Origin: an uncultured Granulosicoccaceae bacterium
Lineage (GTDB): Bacteria > Pseudomonadota > Gammaproteobacteria > Granulosicoccales > Granulosicoccaceae
Assembly: GCA_964593315.1 (NCBI GenBank)
Contig: CAZQKJ010000001.1
Location: 1 to 40,849 of the forward strand
Length of the DNA stretch: 40,849 nucleotides
Direction: 5' to 3'
The position numbers and the translations under genes are program-made. Below the pieces are notes generated by a model. That model saw only the letters and a list, made by a program, of their open reading frames with translations. It searched no databases and was not told the origin of the DNA. Shown here in pieces: positions 34,763-40,849 of the stretch. Positions within the stretch are counted from its first letter, which is position 1. Each line of letters starts with the position of its first letter.

Positions 34763-34885
34763 GGCCAAACTGCATTGCCTGCCGATGTGTCTTTCTCTTC
34801 TGTATCGCCTCAAAAATACAACTGCCAGTCTTCAGCAACTATGCGTTCTGTTTTATGATTTGCTCTGCCACGCGGAGGATCAAGC

Positions 34886-35935
34886 ATGTCTGAGCAACCA
34901 ACAACCACTCTGTTAGACACTGATGTAAGTTACCTGGACTGCAGCAATGAGGCATCCAGTATCAGGACAATTCCAGACCACAGAAGAGTTTGGATTGCCA
35001 GAGACATCACCCGTACTGACTGGCTTATAAAATTAAACTCAAAAGCCGTTGCCGAAGTTCGTAACGCAGCAGACTTTATAAGCAATCATCCGGTTGGCAA
35101 TATGGCACGCACGCCAGATGATCTCGAGCTCTCCGAATGCAGAAAAATATTCAAAGAAGTAAAAAGAAATCTCGATGAAGGCGTGGGCTTTGCGGTTGTA
35201 GATCATCTGCCAGTGGATGACTATCCGCTGGAAGTGAGTGTTGAACTCTACTGGGTACTGGGTCAGCTGATAGCAAGACCGGTCGCCCAAAAGCGAAGCG
35301 GACAAATGATCTATGACGTACGCGACATCAGTCAGGCTTACACCTATGGTGTACGCGGCTCATGGACTAACGTTGAGCTGAATTTTCACACCGATAATGC
35401 ATTTGGAAAATGCCCTCCCGATTACGTCGGCTTGTTCTGTAAACACCCGGCCAAAGAAGGAGGTATCAGTCGTTTTTGTAGTCTGTATGCTGTTCACCAA
35501 CGCCTGCAAGATCATTATCCTGACGCACTGTCGCGCCTCTACCAACCCATGTTATTTGATCGTCAAAAAGAACATGCTGAATCTGAACCTGCCGTCACGC
35601 TTGCACCATTTTTCAGTTGGCGCTATGACCGTCTTTTTGCCCGCGCCAACCCTTCTCTGGTTCGCAAGGGTTATGACGTTGCCGGTAAATGTATGGACGC
35701 AGACCTCACGGATGCGCTCAATGCCGTAGATGAAGTAAGCCAGTCATCAGACCTGTGGTTTGAAGCAGCGCTTGAACGCGGCCAGATCCAATACCTGAAT
35801 AACAGTGAGGTTGGCCACTATCGAAGCGAGTTTATCGATCACGATGAAAGCCACTTAAAGCGCCACCTGTTCAGGCTGTGGCACCGCAAGCACGGCTCCG
35901 CCTGTTATGACGGCGGCACCAGTGTATTGCCCTGA
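34886..35935 (+). CDS. TauD/TfdA-family Fe(II)/2-oxoglutarate-dependent oxygenase
   Basis: GGAGG lies 7 nt upstream. The HxD facial-triad motif is in VELNFHTDNAF. A distal His and Arg lie in GHYRSEF...RHLFRLW. Confidence 0.8.
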   Translation: MSEQPTTTLLDTDVSYLDCSNEASSIRTIPDHRRVWIARDITRTDWLIKLNSKAVAEVRNAADFISNHPVGNMARTPDDLELSECRKIFKEVKRNLDEGVGFAVVDHLPVDDYPLEVSVELYWVLGQLIARPVAQKRSGQMIYDVRDISQAYTYGVRGSWTNVELNFHTDNAFGKCPPDYVGLFCKHPAKEGGISRFCSLYAVHQRLQDHYPDALSRLYQPMLFDRQKEHAESEPAVTLAPFFSWRYDRLFARANPSLVRKGYDVAGKCMDADLTDALNAVDEVSQSSDLWFEAALERGQIQYLNNSEVGHYRSEFIDHDESHLKRHLFRLWHRKHGSACYDGGTSVLP

Positions 35936-35978
35936 ACACTCGCCTTCACAAGCGCTCAATCACAAAACTTAACCGGGT

Positions 35979-36482
35979 TTAAACCAGCGCTGTACCGACC
36001 ACCGAGACACTGGCAAACGCACTGTTCTCAACGACAATCGACACGGTCTTTTGTAGAGTCTCTGTGAGAGAGCCGGGTACACTCGAGCCAGCAATCATTG
36101 CAAGTGGTTTGCGCTGCATTCCAACTGTCGCAGACTTACCGGCGGCAAGTCGCAGTGGACCATTGGCAAGGAGTGGAGTGAAATCAAACTCCCCTCTGGC
36201 AACACGGACTTTCGCGGGAGTCAGCTGAGTGATAGTGAGTCTTTGATCACCAGTGTTGGTAATTACCACTTCTAGCTCATTTCGAATTGCAGATACACGA
36301 GTCGACACTTGAACCGTAGCAAGTTCAGCTGCATCGCGCCCTGAGTTACCAGATGCCTTATTGGATAAAAAATCCTGATTGCCACTCCAGGCACTCTCTG
36401 CACGTGCCGCCTTTGTGATGGCTGTCGCCGCTATAGTTAACGCCAGGGATTTGAGGGTGTTTCGCTTGCTGTTATCAATCAT
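35979..36482 (-). CDS. Secreted protein with a Tat-like (KR variant) signal peptide; function unknown
   Basis: The signal region is MIDNSKRNTLKSLALTIAATAITKAARA/ES: a K-R-N-T-L-K motif, a hydrophobic stretch and an AxA cleavage site. The mature ~139 aa look beta-rich and contain no Cys, His or Tyr. Confidence 0.55.
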   Translation of the reverse strand: MIDNSKRNTLKSLALTIAATAITKAARAESAWSGNQDFLSNKASGNSGRDAAELATVQVSTRVSAIRNELEVVITNTGDQRLTITQLTPAKVRVARGEFDFTPLLANGPLRLAAGKSATVGMQRKPLAMIAGSSVPGSLTETLQKTVSIVVENSAFASVSVVGTALV

Positions 36483-36797
36483 AGTGAGCTGAGAATGGTT
36501 TAAGACCCCAACAACATGCCGTCAAATCTCCTGCTTCTCAAGAGCCTTCAAACTATTTTACATTCAGATTACCGGATACGCGCTGCTTGCTGACCTCAGC
36601 ACTCGCAATAACACAGATGGCCGGCATCTCAACCGATACTTAGCAAAGCGCGACAACCCCGACTACTCGCTCTCAAATGGGCAGACGCTTATGATAAAAC
36701 TCTGGCAGCTAATTTGAGTCATGGTGAGCTGAAATTCTCAATACCGGCAGCGGCCAGACAGATCGCACCTCCAAAAGCATATCTCCAGAAAGCACCT

Positions 36798-38321
36798 ATG
36801 ACTCGACGCATCCGAAAAAGCCGACGGAACCGCAGCAGTGATAACGCGACTCCAGTATCCGCCTCACCCTACATTAAACGTCAATTGTCTTTCTTTGATC
36901 CACTGGATGAAGAACAACTGACAAAAATCGATGATCAGGTTGACTGGATGCTTGAAAACATCGGCTTTGCGTTTCGCGATGACCCGATAGCGCTACAGAT
37001 ATGGAGATCCGCCAAGGTAAAAATAGAGGGTGACAAGATTTTTGCGGATGCCAAATGGGTGCGTGAGCAATGCGCTAAAGCCCCGTCTGAATTCACTCAA
37101 CTGGCGCGTAACCCGGAACGTTCGGTCACCATCGGTGGACACAATCAGGTATTTGCTCCTATCTATGGTGCACCGTTTGTAAGAGACCTTGAGAGGGGCA
37201 GACGCTACGCCACGTTTGACGACTTTGAAAAACTGGTAAAGCTCACGTCAATGCACCCTAACCTGCACCACAGCGGCTTAGTGATAGCGGAACCCACCGA
37301 CATACCCGTGAGTAAACGCCACCTCGATATGGTGTACGCCCACATGACCCTGGGTGACAAACCTCACTTAGGGGCTATCACCGAGAAGAGCCGTGCACAA
37401 GACAGTGTAGACATGGCAGAGATTCTCCACGGCAAAGACACCATGGATAACAACGTTGTGATTATGGCCAACGTGAATACTAACTCGCCGTTGCTGATTG
37501 ATCGAGTAGTGACTGAAGCAATTCAAGTCTACTCTTCACGCGGTCAGGCTATGGTGATAACCCCGTTTATACTCACCGGCGCAATGGGTCCGGTATCTAC
37601 TGCCGCTGCTATTGCACAGGCTATGGCAGAGGTCATGATTACCATTGCCTTTGGCCAATTGGTAAAACCCGGCTCTCCATTTGTGATGGGTAATTTTTTG
37701 TCTTCCATGAGCCTTAAATCCGGAGCGCCCACTTTTGGTATGCCTGAGCCTGTCATCTCAAATTATATTATTGCTCAAATGGCAAGACGCTTGAACCTGC
37801 CATTGCGTTGCGGTGGCTCTTTAACAGCCTCCAAAATTGAAGACGCTCAAGCAGCCTATGAAAGCGCTGATTCCATGCACTCCACTGCGTTAGCAGGATC
37901 GCACTTTACTCTGCACGCAGCAGGCTGGCTTGAAGGTGGATTGTCCACCGGGTTTGAAAAACTCATCATGGATGCCGATCGTCTTGGCAGCTATCAAAAA
38001 GTACTCAACGGTCTGGATACCAGTGATGATCAATTCGCTCGTGACGCCTACCAGGAAGTTGAACCGGGTGGGCACTTTTTAGGTTCTGCACACACCATGC
38101 GGCATTATCAAACCGCTTTTTACGACGCCACACTCAGCGACAGTGAAAACTGCGAAAGCTGGGAAGAAGGCGGAAGCCAGGACATGCGTAAGCGTGCTTA
38201 TAAAAAGTGGAATAAAATGCTGGACGAATATGAAGCACCACCCATGGATCCTGCAACCAGGGAAGCGCTGGATGCACACATAGCAAAACGCAAGGAAGAG
38301 TTGCCAGACGCGTGGTATTGA
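36798..38321 (+). CDS. Trimethylamine methyltransferase (MttB) superfamily protein, non-pyrrolysine member
   Basis: Family blocks are present: NVNTNSPLL.D, PFILTGAMGPVSTAAAIAQA, SGAPTFGMPE, HAAGWLEGGLSTGFEKLIMDAD and VEPGGHFLGSAHTMRHYQTAFY. There is no in-frame TAG. I place the start at ATG 36798 (MTRRIRKSRRNR..); the track uses TTG 36714. Confidence 0.9.
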   Translation: MTRRIRKSRRNRSSDNATPVSASPYIKRQLSFFDPLDEEQLTKIDDQVDWMLENIGFAFRDDPIALQIWRSAKVKIEGDKIFADAKWVREQCAKAPSEFTQLARNPERSVTIGGHNQVFAPIYGAPFVRDLERGRRYATFDDFEKLVKLTSMHPNLHHSGLVIAEPTDIPVSKRHLDMVYAHMTLGDKPHLGAITEKSRAQDSVDMAEILHGKDTMDNNVVIMANVNTNSPLLIDRVVTEAIQVYSSRGQAMVITPFILTGAMGPVSTAAAIAQAMAEVMITIAFGQLVKPGSPFVMGNFLSSMSLKSGAPTFGMPEPVISNYIIAQMARRLNLPLRCGGSLTASKIEDAQAAYESADSMHSTALAGSHFTLHAAGWLEGGLSTGFEKLIMDADRLGSYQKVLNGLDTSDDQFARDAYQEVEPGGHFLGSAHTMRHYQTAFYDATLSDSENCESWEEGGSQDMRKRAYKKWNKMLDEYEAPPMDPATREALDAHIAKRKEELPDAWY

Positions 38322-38403
38322 TATCACGCTGCGTGGCACTGATTGCAGCACCTCTCAAAACTGATGCCAGTCTAATATCAAATAATTTATATCAGGGATT
38401 AAC

Positions 38404-40848
38404 ATGCCAGACTTTATAAAAGAAGGAGCAACCAGAGACGCATTACCCGGTCATGCCAAGGTTGTGATTGTAGGCGGTGGTGTTGTCGGTTGTTCAATTT
38501 TGTTTCATCTGGCAAAGTTTGGCTGGAAAGACACAGTGCTGCTGGAACGCGATGAACTGACTTCCGGTTCAAGCTGGCATGCTGCAGGTCAAATTCACAC
38601 CATTAGCTCAGACCCTAATATATCGCGCCTGCAAAGCTATACAATTAACTTGTACAAAGAGATAGAAGAGCTTTCAGGCCAGTCAATCGGGTTGAATCTG
38701 ACTGGCGGCTTTTATCTCGCATCCAATAAAACCTGGTATGACTATCTCAAGCGCGAACGATCGAAAGCACGATACATGGGTCTTGAACAGGAATGGATCT
38801 CACCTAAGGAAGTGGCAGAGCGCCATCCGTTAATAGACCCCAAACACTATATAGCTGCACTATGGGATGATCAGGATGGTGACCTTGATCCTTCCGGTAC
38901 CACCTACGCTTTCGCGAAAGCCGCCAGACATTACGGCGGTCAATACTTCACTCATACACCAGTCACTGCCACCACCCAACGCGCTGATGGCAGTTGGGAT
39001 GTTGTCACCGACAAAGGCACAGTCAATGCCGAACACGTGGTTAACTGTGGCGGGCTCTGGGCCCGTGAGGTGGGCCGACTTGCCGGACTCAACTTACCGG
39101 TACAGCCGATGGAGCATCATTACCTGCTGACTGAAACCATTGATGAGATAAAAAACTCAAGCTCACGCCTACCTTGCGGCATTGACTACAACGCCAATAT
39201 TTACTTCCGTCAGGAACGCGATGGCCTGCTGCTTGGCACTTATGAACCGGTAGGGGTTCCATGGCGCGTCGATGGCACACCGTGGGACTTTGGCCATGAG
39301 CTTTTAAACCCGAATCTTGAACACATAGCAGATCGATTAGAACTCGCCTTTGATCGCATCCCTGCACTGGCTGAAGCAGGTATCAGACAAACCATCAACG
39401 GGCCATTTACATTCGGCCCGGACGGCAACCCGATGATTGGCCCGGTGCCCGGCATGCACAACTACTGGTGTGCTGTCGGTGTGATGGCAGGCTTTTGTCA
39501 GGGTGGAGGTGTCGGGTTAACCATGGCGGAGTGGATGATAGACGGTGAGCCGTCTATTGATGTCTGGGCAATGGATGTTGCACGATTCGGCAACTGGGCC
39601 TCACCCGACTGGGGCACAGTCAAGTCAACCGAAAACTATGAACGCCGGTTTGTCATGACCTTCCCTAACGAAACCTTACCCAAAGGACGCTTGCAGCAAA
39701 CCACCTCACTCTATGACAGATTGATTGCCAAAGGTGCACGCATGGGACAGTCATTCGGACTGGAGCACGCACTGTGGTTTGCAGACAATCCGCAAGACGC
39801 TTATGAAGACCCAACCTTCGAACGCAACCGTTCACACGACTATGTCGCACGAGAAGTCGCAGCCGTACGCAGTGGTGTGGCGGGAATTGAAATCGCCAAC
39901 TTTGCAAAGCATGTAATTAAGGGAGCGGGAGCACGCGCATGGCTTGATCAAACCATGGCCGGGCACATTCCAAAACCCGGGCGCATCGCACTGACGCCCA
40001 TGCTGACACAGAAAGGCAAACTGTACGGTGATCTCACCGTCGCCTGCTACGCAGATGATCACTTTATGTTATTTGGTTCAGGTGCCATGCAAGATGCACA
40101 CAGCCGCTGGTTTGCAAAATCACTTCCAGAGAATGTCACCCACGAAAACCAGACCGGTGAATGGCACGGCATAGCCTTGTCAGGCCCAAAGTCTCGAGAG
40201 TTGCTGGATCGCATTTCTCGCGATGATGTATCTGCAGATGCTTTGAAGTTTAGAGATACCCGGCAGACTTACGTTGGAGGAGTACCTGTGATACTCAACC
40301 GGCTTAGCTTTTCAGGAGAACTTGGCTATGAGATTTATTGCCGACCGCAGTATCTGATTCGGCTGGCTGAAGCGATAGAAGAAGCGGGCTCGGATCTCGG
40401 GTACCGCTGGTACGGCAATCGCACCCTGATGAGTTTGCGGCTTGAAAAGGCCTGGGGAGCCTGGGGCCTCGAGTTCCGGCCGGATTTCAACGCCATAGAG
40501 TCAGGCATGGATGTTTTCATCAACTGGGACAAAGACTTTACCGGCCGGGACGCGACCCTCAAATTCAAAGAACAGGGCGTCTCGCGCCGACTGGTCACGC
40601 TTATTATCGACTCCCCGATTGATGTCACTCTGGATGAGGCGATACTCAAAGATGGTGAGGCGATCGGCTATGTCTCATCAGGTGGCTATGCCCACCATAT
40701 TGGCAAGTCCATGGCGATGGGTTACGTGGCGACAGAGCACGCAAGCCCCGGAACCCGACTACAGGTCGAGATCATCGGAGAAATGTACCCGGCAGAGGTG
40801 CAAGGTACGCCGCTGTACGATCCACAAGGTGCACGCATGCGAGGCTGA
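38404..40848 (+). CDS. Dimethylglycine/sarcosine dehydrogenase-like flavoprotein (FAD oxidoreductase fused to a GcvT-type folate-binding domain)
   Basis: The dinucleotide fold is VVIVGGGVVGCS. SSWHAAGQ is the flavinylation-type His context. The C-terminal aminomethyltransferase-like domain has GYEIYC and G.VSSGGY.H..GKS.AMGYV. The gene is complete, with its stop at 40846-40848. Confidence 0.9.
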   Translation: MPDFIKEGATRDALPGHAKVVIVGGGVVGCSILFHLAKFGWKDTVLLERDELTSGSSWHAAGQIHTISSDPNISRLQSYTINLYKEIEELSGQSIGLNLTGGFYLASNKTWYDYLKRERSKARYMGLEQEWISPKEVAERHPLIDPKHYIAALWDDQDGDLDPSGTTYAFAKAARHYGGQYFTHTPVTATTQRADGSWDVVTDKGTVNAEHVVNCGGLWAREVGRLAGLNLPVQPMEHHYLLTETIDEIKNSSSRLPCGIDYNANIYFRQERDGLLLGTYEPVGVPWRVDGTPWDFGHELLNPNLEHIADRLELAFDRIPALAEAGIRQTINGPFTFGPDGNPMIGPVPGMHNYWCAVGVMAGFCQGGGVGLTMAEWMIDGEPSIDVWAMDVARFGNWASPDWGTVKSTENYERRFVMTFPNETLPKGRLQQTTSLYDRLIAKGARMGQSFGLEHALWFADNPQDAYEDPTFERNRSHDYVAREVAAVRSGVAGIEIANFAKHVIKGAGARAWLDQTMAGHIPKPGRIALTPMLTQKGKLYGDLTVACYADDHFMLFGSGAMQDAHSRWFAKSLPENVTHENQTGEWHGIALSGPKSRELLDRISRDDVSADALKFRDTRQTYVGGVPVILNRLSFSGELGYEIYCRPQYLIRLAEAIEEAGSDLGYRWYGNRTLMSLRLEKAWGAWGLEFRPDFNAIESGMDVFINWDKDFTGRDATLKFKEQGVSRRLVTLIIDSPIDVTLDEAILKDGEAIGYVSSGGYAHHIGKSMAMGYVATEHASPGTRLQVEIIGEMYPAEVQGTPLYDPQGARMRG

Positions 40849-40849
40849 A

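Noticed and set aside
34363-34838. Track ORFs 34363..34575 (+, 70 aa) and 34599..34838 (-, 79 aa) lie over the tandem modules.
   Set aside because: Both sit on the duplicated noncoding units. The two copies differ by a 1-nt indel and by substitutions with no codon periodicity. There is no SD, and the similar peptides are only an echo of the DNA repeat.
38334-38347. A sigma-54-like TGGCAC..TTGCA element lies upstream of the dimethylglycine-dehydrogenase-like gene.
   Set aside because: The GG-to-GC spacing is 2 nt shorter than the strict -24/-12 spacing (TGGCAC-N5-TTGC), so it is unlikely to be functional.
1-40849. I looked across the window for mobile elements, defence islands and CRISPR arrays. 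There are also many antisense shadow ORFs inside long genes (for example 3439..3984, 15993..16472, 22151..22474, 17772..18041 and 39089..39367).
   Set aside because: I found no integrase, transposase or recombinase motifs, no terminal inverted repeats, no regularly spaced short repeats and no phage-like genes. The listed ORFs lie fully inside strongly supported genes on the opposite strand or in another frame, and they have Ser/Pro/Arg-rich shadow composition. The lone HNH protein is the housekeeping YajD type.

Overview
This 40.8-kb window looks like ordinary chromosome from a marine gammaproteobacterium. That placement is an inference from the Pseudomonas-type long isocitrate lyase and a CBM10-like GWGW..SC motif. 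I count about 40 protein genes on both strands. By eye I found no rRNA, tRNA, CRISPR array, integrase or transposase. In order, the content is: a 2-hydroxyacid dehydrogenase 3' fragment; a secreted Cys/DGWGW-repeat protein; a GNAT and a DUF1992 gene; a four-gene MacAB-like ABC export operon (ATPase, two FtsX permeases, HlyD adaptor); an orphan formylglycine-generating enzyme; an acyl-CoA synthetase; assorted metabolic genes (IlvD/Edd dehydratase, YtoQ, YajD, TauE/SafE, spermidine-synthase-like); a co-directional set of an RND/MMPL exporter, a DUF1185 gene and an acyl-CoA thioesterase; a racemase, an aldo/keto reductase, a nucleoside hydrolase and hspQ; a response-regulator diguanylate cyclase; a glyoxylate-shunt locus (RamB/PrpR-like regulator, an unusual malate-synthase-G-like gene, aceA); a MATE transporter, a GST, a frameshifted Zn-peptidase, a MOFRL glycerate kinase and an esterase; and a methylated-amine catabolic cluster (TauD-like oxygenase, non-Pyl MttB-family methyltransferase, dimethylglycine-dehydrogenase-like flavoprotein). 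Two things deserve the most attention. (1) An intact ~398-aa ORF immediately upstream of aceA is clearly homologous to the N-terminal ~430 residues of malate synthase G, but it has lost the catalytic motifs and the whole C-terminal part. (2) The 529-bp spacer upstream of the TauD-like gene is made of two head-to-tail ~230-bp noncoding modules. Each has a conserved box, a -10-like hexamer, a position-conserved hairpin of different sequence, an ~80-nt conserved core and a terminator-like hairpin, so they are candidate tandem sRNAs or leader elements. Smaller oddities are a decayed in-frame partial paralog abutting the DUF1185 gene, a 1-nt frameshift in the Zn-peptidase gene, and a substrate-like CCTPS motif in the FGE N-terminus. 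All family assignments come from reading motifs by eye. No database search was run.
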